Assembly: GCA_963745835.1 (NCBI GenBank) | Contig: CAVUZH010000003.1 | Coordinates: 1,344,001 to 1,408,000, forward strand | DNA from: an uncultured delta proteobacterium | Lineage (GTDB): Bacteria > Desulfobacterota > Binatia > UBA9968 | Reading direction: 5' to 3' | Length of the DNA: 64,000 nucleotides | In this document: positions 1-9,835 of the stretch, piece by piece | Layout of the letters: each line of letters starts with the position of its first letter | Numbering within the stretch: position 1 is the stretch's first letter | The notes under the pieces: generated by a model | What the model saw: only the letters and a program-made list of their open reading frames with translations | Told to the model about the DNA's origin: nothing | The model's database searches: none | Position numbers and translations under genes: made by a program

Positions 1-486
1 GTAGCCGAGGCTGATGATTGACTCCCGGTCGGTGGCCCAAAGCACCCGGTCTTTATCGGCCTCCTCTTTTGCGTCGGACGGATAGTTGGCGAGATAGGGA
101 GAGTAAAACGGCAAAAGCAGCTTATTATCGCGCATGATCATCAACGTCGGCGGCGTAGTCTCCACCAGGTCGGCGAGGTTGCGCCGGGCTTGCGCTTCGG
201 AAAGAATTCTTCGCGTAAGATCGGTGCTGCCGGCTCGGTAAGTTTCGACTTTGACGCCAGGATATTTGGCCTCGAATACGTTGGCGATGTCGCGATGCGC
301 GGTGAGGCTGGTGTACCAAACCAACTTTCCTTCTTTCTTCGCCCCCGCCTTGAGAACTTCTTCGCGATCGGCGCCGCGGTAGTTGGCCAGCTCGCCAAGG
401 GATTTGGTTTGCGCCGATGCAAACGACGCTACCAGGATAATAAGCGAAATCGTCAAGACAATGCTTGGCATCGGATACCTCATCAT
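1..486 (-). CDS. ABC transporter extracellular solute-binding protein (Fe3+/polyamine-like family), 3'-truncated by window edge
   Basis: Not in the ORF track. Manual translation from ATG at 486 gives MMRYPMPSIVLTISLIILVASFASAQTKSLGELANYRGADREEVLKAGAKKEGKLVWYTSL...FEAKYPGVKVETYR; signal peptide; clear paralog of 51151-52212. Confidence 0.88.
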   Translation of the reverse strand, partial: MMRYPMPSIVLTISLIILVASFASAQTKSLGELANYRGADREEVLKAGAKKEGKLVWYTSLTAHRDIANVFEAKYPGVKVETYRAGSTDLTRRILSEAQARRNLADLVETTPPTLMIMRDNKLLLPFYSPYLANYPSDAKEEADKDRVLWATDRESIISLGY

Positions 487-566
487 TGGAACCTTACTGT
501 CCACCGGCCTAATCCTCTTGCTTCGCTTCAAGGGCGAATGAGATTTGGAAAACGGCTGCTGCTTTT

Positions 567-3035
567 CTATTCCAGCACTCCATCTCTCTTGTGAGCCGTT
601 ATCACCTCTTCGCTGTAACCGACCACGTCGCGCAAGACCGTCTCCGTGTCGCGGCCCAGGACAGGAAATTCCCAACGACGGGTGAGCTTTGCGTTGGTAA
701 AGTGCAACGGAAAGTTAGGTAATACGACCCGTCCCAACCTGGGATTGTCGACTGCGACAATAAATCCACGCTGATTTAATTGCGGGTCCCGGGTCAAATC
801 TTCGCCAGTCTGCACGACACCCGCTGGAACTCCCAATTTTTGTAAACGATCCATGACGACGAATGCGTCTTGATCGCGGGTCCAAGCTGCAATGATCCGG
901 TTTAGCTCCGTGCGGTGCTTGATACGGTTCTCAGCAGTTTTGAAACGAGCATCCTGATCGCTACCGTCGTCCAGTATTTTCGCCAAGGCCTTCCACTGCT
1001 CATCGTTCTCGGCTGCGATGACACACCAGCGGTCTTCGCCGGCGCACGGATAGCAATCGTGCGGCGCGGCCCAAGGAGAAGCATTGCCGCAAGGCTCCGG
1101 ATCCTTGCCCGAGACAGCTGCCTCCATCAGGTTGGCCCCGATCATGAAAGCAGTCGCTTCCGATTGCGCCAGGTCGATGAAAGCGCCTTTTTTTTGTCGA
1201 TCGCGACAGAGCACGCCGGAGATTATGATGATCGCGCACAGCACGCCTGAAACATAGTCGGGAAAAACCGTCTGCGAGCCGATCGGCGGATCGATGTTCC
1301 CCGGGTGATTCCACAGATAGGTCAGCCCGGTGAACGAAGTAATATTGACGCCCACTGTTGAGAAGTGCCGCTTCGGCCCAGTGGTGCCGAGTCCCGGCAT
1401 GCGTAGGTTGATGATATCGGGTTTGACCGCGCAGAGATCGCGATAGCCAAGGCCGATTCGCTCGACCACATCGACGCTGTAGTTGTCGAGCACGGCATCG
1501 GCTTTGGCAACAAGGTCGTGCAAAACTCCTTGGCCCTTGGGATGTTTAAGATTGACAGTAAAGGATCGCTTATTGCGGTTAAATTCCAGAAATCGCGGCG
1601 AAAGATTGGGATCCTCTCCGGTGCCGAAAAATCGGAAAGGGTCCATGCCGCCCTTGCTTGACTCGACTTTGATCACATCGGCGCCAAGCTCGGCCAGGAT
1701 CGTCGTGCCGTAGGGCCCGGCGAGCACATGATCAAAGCTGACAATCCGCATACCTTCCAACGGTCCGTTGCCGCTGCTCTTGGAATCGGATTGTGCGGGC
1801 GGTTTTGACGCACTGCTGCTCCCTCCATCGCTCCCGAAACTGTCGCTGCGTTTTACATCTCCGCCGTCGGTCCCCTCTCTTCGTTCCCCCGCAACCGGGG
1901 AGATGTAAGCGGGGGCACGCCAACTGTCGAGCGGCGGGACGCTGCCGACAGGCGGCCGGGTGCCGTCGATGACAAATGGCATGGCCGGCTGTTTGACCCT
2001 GCCGAAACCGGCATGCTCCACCGGACTCATGAAACCGCGGCCCTGGACATGCTCGTCATTGGCAAATGCCAGTGGAGTATTGACCGGCACGCATGGAATG
2101 CCTTTGGACTGCATCAAATCGGTGATCTCGGCCATCGTGTATTGCAATAAAAATGATTCAATGGCGGGATTGAGCTCATCGGCATGGGCGCGCCGGTAAA
2201 CATTGTTGAGCCATTCCGGCGCGTCGAACACCGGCGGATGATCCTTCCAGATTGACAAAAATAACTTCCAATGTTGGCGTGTAACGTAGAGATAAACGAA
2301 ACCATCACGGCAAGGAAAAATCTTTGCCGGCGCCACCGAGCCGTGCTGGCTGCCGGCGCGTTTGAGGATTTGCTTGTCGTTGGCCCAGAGGCGAATGATA
2401 TGCTCTTGGGTCGCCAACGTCTCTTGCATCGAACTGTCGACATGATCGCCTCGTCCGGTGCGCTCGCGCCGATAAAGCGCCGCCAGAACGCCGGCTGCAG
2501 CAAACAGGCTGGCAAAGTAATAAGCTTGCAGTTCCGGCGGCTTACAAGGCGGCAGTGAAGCATCGCCGGAGATGTACAAGAAGCCGCTCTGGGCCAATGC
2601 CACGAGATCGTTGCAGGCAAAATTTTTCTTCGGCCCGGTTTGACCGAAGGGCGTGATCGACGCCATGACAATGCCTGGATTGAATGTTGCCAGATCTTGG
2701 TAGCCAAGTCCTTTCGCATCCATCTCACCAGGTGCGAAACTTTCCAGCACCACATCCGATACTCCAACGAGCTTTTGGAACTCAACGCGGTCCGCTTCTC
2801 TATCGAGATCGAGAACCTTACTGGCCTTGCCGGCGTTGAGATGAGCGAACGTAGTGCTGAGCAGTTTGCCTTCGGCGGATCTGATGAGGGGCGCCAAGTT
2901 CCTGACGGGATCGCCACCGGGTGGTTCTATCTTGATTACCTCCATACCTAAATCGGCAAGCATGCGGCCGCATAGCTGACCGCTTAAGCCGGTGACATCG
3001 AGTGCTCTGTAATCTTTGAGGAATGCCACGCTCAT
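567..3035 (-). CDS. Family III CoA transferase (CaiB/BaiF), two fused domains
   Basis: Two CaiB repeats (LADLGMEVIKIEPPGGD...NAGK; LAELGADVIKVES...NRNKRS) joined by a Ser/Gly-rich linker. Confidence 0.93.
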   Translation of the reverse strand: MSVAFLKDYRALDVTGLSGQLCGRMLADLGMEVIKIEPPGGDPVRNLAPLIRSAEGKLLSTTFAHLNAGKASKVLDLDREADRVEFQKLVGVSDVVLESFAPGEMDAKGLGYQDLATFNPGIVMASITPFGQTGPKKNFACNDLVALAQSGFLYISGDASLPPCKPPELQAYYFASLFAAAGVLAALYRRERTGRGDHVDSSMQETLATQEHIIRLWANDKQILKRAGSQHGSVAPAKIFPCRDGFVYLYVTRQHWKLFLSIWKDHPPVFDAPEWLNNVYRRAHADELNPAIESFLLQYTMAEITDLMQSKGIPCVPVNTPLAFANDEHVQGRGFMSPVEHAGFGRVKQPAMPFVIDGTRPPVGSVPPLDSWRAPAYISPVAGERREGTDGGDVKRSDSFGSDGGSSSASKPPAQSDSKSSGNGPLEGMRIVSFDHVLAGPYGTTILAELGADVIKVESSKGGMDPFRFFGTGEDPNLSPRFLEFNRNKRSFTVNLKHPKGQGVLHDLVAKADAVLDNYSVDVVERIGLGYRDLCAVKPDIINLRMPGLGTTGPKRHFSTVGVNITSFTGLTYLWNHPGNIDPPIGSQTVFPDYVSGVLCAIIIISGVLCRDRQKKGAFIDLAQSEATAFMIGANLMEAAVSGKDPEPCGNASPWAAPHDCYPCAGEDRWCVIAAENDEQWKALAKILDDGSDQDARFKTAENRIKHRTELNRIIAAWTRDQDAFVVMDRLQKLGVPAGVVQTGEDLTRDPQLNQRGFIVAVDNPRLGRVVLPNFPLHFTNAKLTRRWEFPVLGRDTETVLRDVVGYSEEVITAHKRDGVLE
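1871..1916. repeat. REP-like GC-rich palindrome inside the CoA-transferase interdomain linker
   Basis: tcccctctcttcgttcccccgcaaccggggagatgtaagcgggggc: imperfect nested hairpin read in frame as APAYISPVAGERREG. Confidence 0.5.
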
Positions 3036-3114
3036 GTTCTTACCTTAGATCCTTCTAGATTTAGAAAACGAATTGAACAAAGGTATTGGCCATGACGCCA
3101 CTTCTACGGTATCA

Positions 3115-3255
3115 AAATCCGAAGCTCGAACTCCGAAATTCGAAACAAATCCAAATGATCAAAATCTGAAAACTCCAAATGAAGTCGTTGAGATTCCGTT
3201 ACTGTATTTTGACACTAAGGCTTGTTTCGGATTTCGCTATTCGAATTTCTAATTT
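3115..3255. repeat. MITE/REP-like element with 34-bp imperfect terminal inverted repeats built from ~7-mers
   Basis: 3115-3148 aaatccgaagctcgaactccgaaattcgaaacaa versus 3222-3255 ttgtttcggatttcgctattcgaatttctaattt: 26/34 complementary by manual alignment; starts 8 nt after the 3264 stop codon. Confidence 0.75.
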
Positions 3256-3263
3256 GTTGCTTT

Positions 3264-4394
3264 CTATGCTCCAACATAACGACTGCGGATACTATTTAAG
3301 ATTTGCGCAGCTTCTTCGACCATTCGCTCGACAATAACTCTTGCCGGCTTGGCGCTCTTATCCTGGCTGAGCATGCCTGCGACTTGACCGCCGGGCACTT
3401 GCAAAACTTCAGTTCGGTTAGCAGCTTCGGCGGCGCGCCGGATCTCATCCATTGCCGCTCCCTGGTAGGGTGTCGGCATCGCTTCGAGCCCGGAATCGAT
3501 CCAGGCTTTGATAACGTCGCTGCGATAGTGCCGCGCAAAATGGCCGCTGGTATAAGCGGTTCGGACGAAATCTTCCGAGCTTCCGTTTAAGATTTGCTGC
3601 TTGTACGCCGGATGAATACCGCATTCCTCGGTAACCAGGAAAGCCGTGCCGCACCAAACCCCAACCGCTCCTAACGCCAGCGCCGCGGCAACTCCGCGGC
3701 CATCCGAAATTCCTCCGGCCGCAACCACCGGCAACGGCTTCACCGCGTCGACGATTTGCGGTATCAGAGGAAAATTGCCGATGGTTCCGGTGTGGCCGCC
3801 GGCTTCATAGCCCTGCGAAATAATCACATCGGCGCCTTTGCGCGCGTGGCTGAGCGCGTGCTTCACTGCGCCCGCCAGCGCCATCACCTTGATTCCTCTG
3901 TCGTGCGCGAGCGGCACCACTTCGGCGGTATCGCCCAACCCGATAATCAGAATCGGCACTTTCTCTTCGAGAATCACCTGCAGCTGTTCGCGGGTTGCCT
4001 TGGGTGTTTTGACCCAGCTCTTTCTGTCCGGCGGTTGCGGCGCTAAACCGAGTTTCGGAATCAATTCGCTCGTGAACCCGGCATGCTTCGGGTATTTCTC
4101 CTGGATCTCTTTTTTCACCTCGTCAGGATCCGGCACCCTGACATCTTCCATCTTGGGCAAGGTGATATCCACGCCAAACGGTCGATCGGTGAGCGCCCTG
4201 ACCCGTCGGATACGTTCGCGGATCACCTCGGGACGGATCGAACTGCCGCCGATACAGCCGAGGCCGCCGGCATTGGAAACGGCCGCGACCAGCTCCGGCG
4301 GCGTCGTCATCCCTTCTTTGTCCCAGCCCATGCCGGCTTGAATGATGGGAACTTCGATACCCAACAGGTCACATAATGGGGTTTTCAGCTTCAT
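3264..4394 (-). CDS. Nitronate monooxygenase / FabK-like FMN-dependent oxidoreductase
   Basis: TPLCDLLGIEVPIIQAGM, AVSNAGGLG, QGYEAGGH, PVVAAGGISDGRG, GVWCGTAF motifs. Confidence 0.9.
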   Translation of the reverse strand: MKLKTPLCDLLGIEVPIIQAGMGWDKEGMTTPPELVAAVSNAGGLGCIGGSSIRPEVIRERIRRVRALTDRPFGVDITLPKMEDVRVPDPDEVKKEIQEKYPKHAGFTSELIPKLGLAPQPPDRKSWVKTPKATREQLQVILEEKVPILIIGLGDTAEVVPLAHDRGIKVMALAGAVKHALSHARKGADVIISQGYEAGGHTGTIGNFPLIPQIVDAVKPLPVVAAGGISDGRGVAAALALGAVGVWCGTAFLVTEECGIHPAYKQQILNGSSEDFVRTAYTSGHFARHYRSDVIKAWIDSGLEAMPTPYQGAAMDEIRRAAEAANRTEVLQVPGGQVAGMLSQDKSAKPARVIVERMVEEAAQILNSIRSRYVGA

Positions 4395-4431
4395 ATTCGC
4401 TTCCTAAGGCTTAGAATCTAATACGAAAAAG

Positions 4432-4598
4432 TAACTGTAATCGTGTTCGTGCCGGTGGATTGGACAAGTGATGGTGCTTGGCTTGCCCAATTCCCAGTTT
4501 AGTTCTCATTTCTGTTTCGGTCTCCCGAACAGATGAGCGATCTTGCTAACGAACACGGCTATTCCGAACACGATCACGTACTTTCCGATCACGAGTAC
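4432..4598. repeat. Degenerate inverted element made of tcgtg(t/a)tcg-type short repeats
   Basis: gtaatcgtgttcgtg near 4437-4451 faces cgaacacgg..cgaacacgatcacg..cgatcacgagtacg at ~4550-4598; begins ~3 nt after the 4602 stop. Confidence 0.5.
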
Positions 4599-4601
4599 GT
4601 T

Positions 4602-5420
4602 TTATTTCCGATCTTCAGGTTTGATGTATCTAGTCGTGCCGCCGCCCTTCTGTGAATGGAGATAGCCTTCAACATCGTTCAATGGATTGGTGTAGTATCG
4701 CATGCGGTGCGAAACCAGATCATCAGTTCTCAGCGCGGTGAGAAAGTCCATGTCTTTTTGCATATAAGCGGCGATCTTCGCGCTCTCCAGTGTTACCGCG
4801 TTGCGGTTGCCGAGCTCTTTGGCCAATTGTTCAACCGCCGAGGTTAGCTGATCGTCGGGCACAACTTCCGAAACGAGGCCGACCCGCTCGGCTTGCTCGG
4901 CCGTAAGATTTCTGCCGGTTAGTTGGATATAAAAAGCTTTCTTGAATGGGATGCCGCTATGGAACAACGTCGACGTGGCAACTGCGCCATAACTGCCGCG
5001 GATCACTTCGGGCATACCGAACTTGGCCGACTCGGCGGCAATGCAGAGATCGTGACCATTGGTCAATGCTAGCCCGCCGCCCAAGCACCAACCGCGCACC
5101 GCCGCGACAGTGACCTGGGGCATGTTGCGCAGCAGCCGGACGATCTCATACGTCGAACCGGCCTGATCCCAGGGCCGTTTGCGTTTCCAGTTTTCGCGCA
5201 AATCATAAAGATCCAGGCCCGATGAATAGGAATCACCCGAACCGGTGGTTACGATACATTTGATTTTGTCGTTGTCGCCGAGCTCTTTTAACACCTCGAC
5301 CATTTCGATCATCAGCCGCTGGCTCAAAGCATTTTTCTTCTCCGGTCGATTGAACGTCAGCCATGCTACTCCGGCTTCCTCGTCAATTTTTTGCAAGATT
5401 GTTCTTAATTCAGCCATCAT
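4602..5420 (-). CDS. Enoyl-CoA hydratase/isomerase (crotonase) family, resembles hydroxycinnamoyl-CoA hydratase/lyase
   Basis: VAWLTFNRPEKKNALS, SSGLDL, VRGWCLGGG, FGMPEVIRG motifs. Confidence 0.88.
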   Translation of the reverse strand: MMAELRTILQKIDEEAGVAWLTFNRPEKKNALSQRLMIEMVEVLKELGDNDKIKCIVTTGSGDSYSSGLDLYDLRENWKRKRPWDQAGSTYEIVRLLRNMPQVTVAAVRGWCLGGGLALTNGHDLCIAAESAKFGMPEVIRGSYGAVATSTLFHSGIPFKKAFYIQLTGRNLTAEQAERVGLVSEVVPDDQLTSAVEQLAKELGNRNAVTLESAKIAAYMQKDMDFLTALRTDDLVSHRMRYYTNPLNDVEGYLHSQKGGGTTRYIKPEDRK

Positions 5421-5497
5421 TTACCTCCAAAATAAACCGTTAGTTTCAGCGTGACGCTTGGATTGAAAGGCTTGCGCGACATTACTCCGGCGTCAGT

Positions 5498-6364
5498 TTA
5501 GGGCCGGAGCAGAAACGGTACGACGATCTCCGCCAATTCTTCAGGCCTCTCGTGCGGGATGTGATGGCCGGCTCCCTCGATCGGCACAATCTCGGCTTTA
5601 GGAAAAAGCTTCACGCGCGGACCGCGCACCGACTTCATAAAACCGCTCTCCGTGCCATAAACAAAGAAGATGGGACACTGAATGCGCCGGATAAACGCTT
5701 CGATTTGTCCTTCGGACAAAGCGGTAGTCGTCCGATAACGTAGAATCGGATCATACTTCCAACGGTATCTACCGCCCTTGAAATTGGTTCCGTGCCGGGC
5801 CATATGCAACGCAGCATTATCGGGAATAAGAGGGTAAGTTTTCTGCAGCGCCTTTGCGGCAGCCTCCAAAGATTCGTGTGGAAACGGGATCTCTACGTAG
5901 TCTCGACCATTGAGTCTCTCGGCAAAAATCTCGGGCACTTCTTCATCGGCGCGCGCAAACGGACCCAGCGACTCGAGAAGCACCATGCGCTTGACCTTGT
6001 CAGGGAAGGCTCCGGCGTACAGCAGGCACATACTGCCGCCGAGTGAATGACCGATAATGGTTAGCGGCTCTTTACCGAGATGGCGCAGGAGACCGGCCAA
6101 GTCCGTCAGAAAATCCTCATGTTGATAGCCACGGCTTGTGCTCGGCCATTCGCTATCACCATGACCACGCAAGTCGATGGCCACTGCGTGTTTAATCGGT
6201 AACCCGCGCGCGATCATCGCCGCAATAAAATCATCCCAGCTTCGCCCTTGATCGCGCACGCCATGAACAAAGACGAAAGTCTCTTGGTTGGGATCGCCCC
6301 ACTCCCAATAGTGAAGTTTCAACCCATCATGATTGAAGTAATGGTCCCGGAGTTCTAAATTCAT
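5498..6364 (-). CDS. Alpha/beta-fold hydrolase
   Basis: FVHG, DLRGHGDS, GHSLGG nucleophile elbow, AGHHIPHE. Confidence 0.92.
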   Translation of the reverse strand: MNLELRDHYFNHDGLKLHYWEWGDPNQETFVFVHGVRDQGRSWDDFIAAMIARGLPIKHAVAIDLRGHGDSEWPSTSRGYQHEDFLTDLAGLLRHLGKEPLTIIGHSLGGSMCLLYAGAFPDKVKRMVLLESLGPFARADEEVPEIFAERLNGRDYVEIPFPHESLEAAAKALQKTYPLIPDNAALHMARHGTNFKGGRYRWKYDPILRYRTTTALSEGQIEAFIRRIQCPIFFVYGTESGFMKSVRGPRVKLFPKAEIVPIEGAGHHIPHERPEELAEIVVPFLLRP

Positions 6365-6448
6365 CGGCTGGTTTCTTGCCCTTTCAAATACAATTTACGG
6401 CAATGCGATCGAGCTTAGGCTCGATGTTTATGCCCATCTACTCTCTTA

Positions 6449-6836
6449 CTATCTCCTGCCCAATTCTTTAAGCGCTTCCTCGATGTAACTGATCGATGTA
6501 CTTGTTCGGACTCGGCAACGGTGGCTTTAACTGCCCCCGCTCGGCCATAATCTGAATTACAGCCCCGACTCGTTCGAGACTGGCTTCATCGGAACTGAGA
6601 GGCACGGCAATCAACGCGGTGTCTACCCGGTTAGCGGTCAGCACCAATGGAACATCCATTCCTTGCTGATCGAAGATACCTTGCCTATGCGCCACCCACA
6701 GTGGGCTGTATCCGAGTGTCTTGGAGGAAGCGTTGACCGGAAACTTAACTTTTTCCTGCCCGGCGACCTTATCGACGACAGCGATGAGAGATAAGACGAA
6801 ACTAACCGCTATAACCTTACAAAGAATTTGGTCCAC
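6449..6836 (-). pseudogene. Internally deleted NMT1/SsuA-type ABC solute-binding protein
   Basis: Signal peptide and N-terminus (SKTLGYSPLWVAHRQGIFDQQGMDV), short middle piece (VDTALIAVPL) and C-terminus (GQLKPPLPSPNKYIDQ) in only ~125 aa; the tail SYIEEALKELGRR* continues in another frame to a stop at 6449. Confidence 0.75.
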
Positions 6837-6888
6837 ACGTCTGGCTTCCTATGTTCTTAACTGCATGTTTGACTAGCGAAGTGCAAAA

Positions 6889-7971
6889 CTATTTTTTCGC
6901 CTCTTCGACAAATTTTCGGACAAAATCAACCACCTCGACAGGAGCGGTTAAAACTTTGTCCCGGAGCTTTTCGCCATCCTCTCCGGTTTCAAAGCGCGGT
7001 TGAAATCGCATCACCTTCTTGGCGTCAGCGATGAATTCTTCATCCTTAGCCAGGGAGGCAAACGCCTGACGCATTGTCGCGATTGCCTCGGGCGGCGAAC
7101 CGGGTGGCAAGAGCGCTACACGATTGAGATTTTGACTCGCCATATTCGCGGCTTTGAGAGCTTCGTACTTGATGCCGGTTGGCGCCTTGCCATGAATTTG
7201 CGTATAGACCTCGGTAAACGAACTCAGTTCCGGGTAATCCGGACTCTTTACCATGTTTCCATCGGGACGGATGACATCGTGATAGTAGAGCGGAGTGACC
7301 ATGCCGGTTTTGACCATTTGCGGTTCGACCACGCCGCGATAGCCCGGAATGTTTTCATCGTGGTACTGAATCTCGTTGCGCTGCACAGCCAGCCGCGCGT
7401 CGTTGCTGCTATTGTAGCCGGTCACATAATCGTACTTCAGGCCAAGAATGTCGAAAGCCAGCCGAAATCGCAGATCCTTGTTACTGTCGAAGCTCAGGCC
7501 ACCTGCCCGGAAGCGCTCGGCCTTGGCCAGATCGGTTGGTTTCTTAATTCCAGGTGGAACATCGGAGCGGATATAACACACCGTCACGCCTTGAACCGCG
7601 GAGATGAACGGCACTTTCATAAGATCGACTCTTAACGTCGTACTCTTCATCATCTGATGGTTATACGGTCCGGTGAAATAACCCAACGTGAGAGCGTCCG
7701 GTTTAGCTACCTCACCAAGAAAATTAATCCCGGTGACCCCGCCACCACCGGACATGTTTTGCACAACGATGGTCGGATTTCCCGGTATATGCCTGGGAAG
7801 ATGCCGAGCGACGATCCGTCCTTCGATATCGGTGGGTCCACCGGCGGAAAAGTTGATGAAGAAAGTGATGGTCTTTCCCTGGTAAAAGGGCCTTTCAGCC
7901 GCTGAGGCTGTATTCAGAGACAGGATCAAACCCGAAAGGACACATAAACAAGCGCATATGAGATCTTTCAT
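6889..7971 (-). CDS. Tripartite tricarboxylate transporter (TTT, Bug/TctC-like) solute-binding protein
   Basis: Signal peptide, FYQGKTI..AGGPTD..RHIPGNPTIVVQNMSGGGG..AKPDALT; start chosen at RBS-preceded ATG 7971 (alternative 7989). Confidence 0.88.
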   Translation of the reverse strand: MKDLICACLCVLSGLILSLNTASAAERPFYQGKTITFFINFSAGGPTDIEGRIVARHLPRHIPGNPTIVVQNMSGGGGVTGINFLGEVAKPDALTLGYFTGPYNHQMMKSTTLRVDLMKVPFISAVQGVTVCYIRSDVPPGIKKPTDLAKAERFRAGGLSFDSNKDLRFRLAFDILGLKYDYVTGYNSSNDARLAVQRNEIQYHDENIPGYRGVVEPQMVKTGMVTPLYYHDVIRPDGNMVKSPDYPELSSFTEVYTQIHGKAPTGIKYEALKAANMASQNLNRVALLPPGSPPEAIATMRQAFASLAKDEEFIADAKKVMRFQPRFETGEDGEKLRDKVLTAPVEVVDFVRKFVEEAKK

Positions 7972-8143
7972 GATTGGCTCTCCTTTCATTTTCGCTGATC
8001 CGAACTGACACGTTTATTCTGAAGCGCTGCTTCGCTCATCGTTACGGTAAAGCCCATTCGCGAGTGACAATCAGAAAAATACCTTTCCCACCTATCTGTG
8101 GATGCGATCGCAAGAATTGCGACGATCACCGACCCGATTAGCC

Positions 8144-9676
8144 TCAACTCGACGCTTCTGCTTGACCCAGAATGATTTCCTTCAACTTTACTTTATTCAC
8201 TTTGCCCACTTCGGTGTGCGGCAAGGAATCACAGATTTCGACCGACTTTGGCACCTTGTATGGGGCTAGCCGCGCTTTACAGAATGCAATCAACTCTTCT
8301 CCTTGAATCGATGATCCCGGCTTTAATACCAGCACCGCTTTCACCGCCTCGCCCCATTGCGCATCGGGGACACCGATTACGGCCGCTTCCAACACATCCG
8401 GATGGCTGTAAATCACGCCTTCGATTTCCAGAGGATAGATGCTGATGCCGCCGCTCTTGACCATGTCCTTCTTCCGGCCTGCGATAAAGAGATAGCCTTC
8501 TTCGTCGAAGTAGCCCAGATCGCCGGTATAGAACCAGCCGTCTCGGAAAGATGCATTGGTCGCTTCCGGATTCTTGTAGTAACCCTCCGTCGCGAGCGGG
8601 CTCTGGCAGACGATTTCGCCAATCTCGCCGACTTTCACCGGCCGGTCGCCATCGTCGACAATGCGCAGATCGACACACCAGACCGGCCGCCCGGCGGCGT
8701 CGGGTTTGTAATCCATATCGCTAGGCTTTGAGATGGCCATTTGGCCGCAATCGGTCGAGGCGTAAGTTCGGTAGATGTTCGGCGTGAGTTTCTTTCTTAA
8801 CTGTTCCAGGACAGAAGGATGAACTTTGCCGCCGGTAATCGCCAGACAACGCAAAGCACGGGTGTCATACTTCTTCGACTCGAGCACGCTCAGCATGCGC
8901 TCGCACATCGTCGGTACGGCGCCGATGTAAGTAACTTTTTCGCGCTCCACCGTGTTGAGAACATTCTCAGCGTCGAAGCGTTCGTGCAGTATCATTGTTC
9001 CGCCGAAATAGATGATTCCCAGTGTGAACGAACGGCCGGCGTTGAAATAAATCGGCGATGAGAGAATCGCGGTATCGTGAACGCCGAGGCCCTTTTCGAT
9101 GGCGTTGTTGATACAGTGGAAAACGAAGCTCCTTTGCGTCGAGAGACAGCCTTTAGGAAATCCTGTGGTGCCGGAGGTCAGCAAAACCGCAAACGGGTCG
9201 TCCTCGTCAACTTCGACTGCGGGTTCGTCGCTATTCTGTCCCTTAAGCAAACCGCCATAACTCAAATCCTTGATGATAATCGGCTTGAGAAAACTCAAAT
9301 CCTCAGTCGTCTTGGCAGATTCGAACGCGTCGACACAATCGGGCTGTAGAATCAGCACAGTTGGCTTAAAAAAGGAAAGCACAGAACCCAGCTCCAGGGC
9401 TTTCCATTTGACATCAAGCGGGATCGCCAGCGCGCCGATCTTGGCGGTGGCGAAAATGATCTCCAGATGTTCGATGCGATTGCCGACCGACAATGCCACA
9501 GTGTCGCCTTCACCCACACCCATCGACAGCAGAGCGTGGGCTAACTGATTGACCCGCGAGTTGAGATCACCGTATGTCGTTTCTCTGAAGCAATCTTTCG
9601 CGGCAATCTTGAGAGGAAACTTGGAGGCGTTACGGCGCAAGCCGTCGCCCATCAGCAAGGGAACTCTTGTCGCCAT
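8144..9676 (-). CDS. Acyl-CoA synthetase (AMP-binding, long-chain fatty acid/aryl-CoA ligase family)
   Basis: TSGTTGFPKG, GWFYTGDLG, GRKKDMVKSGG, YKVPK motifs. Confidence 0.93.
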   Translation of the reverse strand: MATRVPLLMGDGLRRNASKFPLKIAAKDCFRETTYGDLNSRVNQLAHALLSMGVGEGDTVALSVGNRIEHLEIIFATAKIGALAIPLDVKWKALELGSVLSFFKPTVLILQPDCVDAFESAKTTEDLSFLKPIIIKDLSYGGLLKGQNSDEPAVEVDEDDPFAVLLTSGTTGFPKGCLSTQRSFVFHCINNAIEKGLGVHDTAILSSPIYFNAGRSFTLGIIYFGGTMILHERFDAENVLNTVEREKVTYIGAVPTMCERMLSVLESKKYDTRALRCLAITGGKVHPSVLEQLRKKLTPNIYRTYASTDCGQMAISKPSDMDYKPDAAGRPVWCVDLRIVDDGDRPVKVGEIGEIVCQSPLATEGYYKNPEATNASFRDGWFYTGDLGYFDEEGYLFIAGRKKDMVKSGGISIYPLEIEGVIYSHPDVLEAAVIGVPDAQWGEAVKAVLVLKPGSSIQGEELIAFCKARLAPYKVPKSVEICDSLPHTEVGKVNKVKLKEIILGQAEASS

Positions 9677-9800
9677 TTAGTATAATAAGTCCGGCCCTAT
9701 TTGCGGGAGAGTGGTCTCGTCCCTGTTCGTTGCAAGTTCAATGGTCACGCGAGCCGCCTCCGACAAGAGAACTAGGCTGAAGATTCCTGCCACGCTCAGA

Positions 9801-9830
9801 CGTTGAACCTTGAACGGTTGAACGTTGAAC
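9801..9830. repeat. Short tandem ~7-mer repeat (ttgaacc/g) x4
   Basis: cgttgaaccttgaacggttgaacgttgaac, about 5 nt after the 9836 stop codon on the minus strand. Confidence 0.7.
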
Positions 9831-9835
9831 AATTG

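Noticed and set aside
125-594. ORF-track calls 125-319, 141-422 and 190-594
   Set aside because: Off-frame or antisense to the real SBP gene at 1-486.
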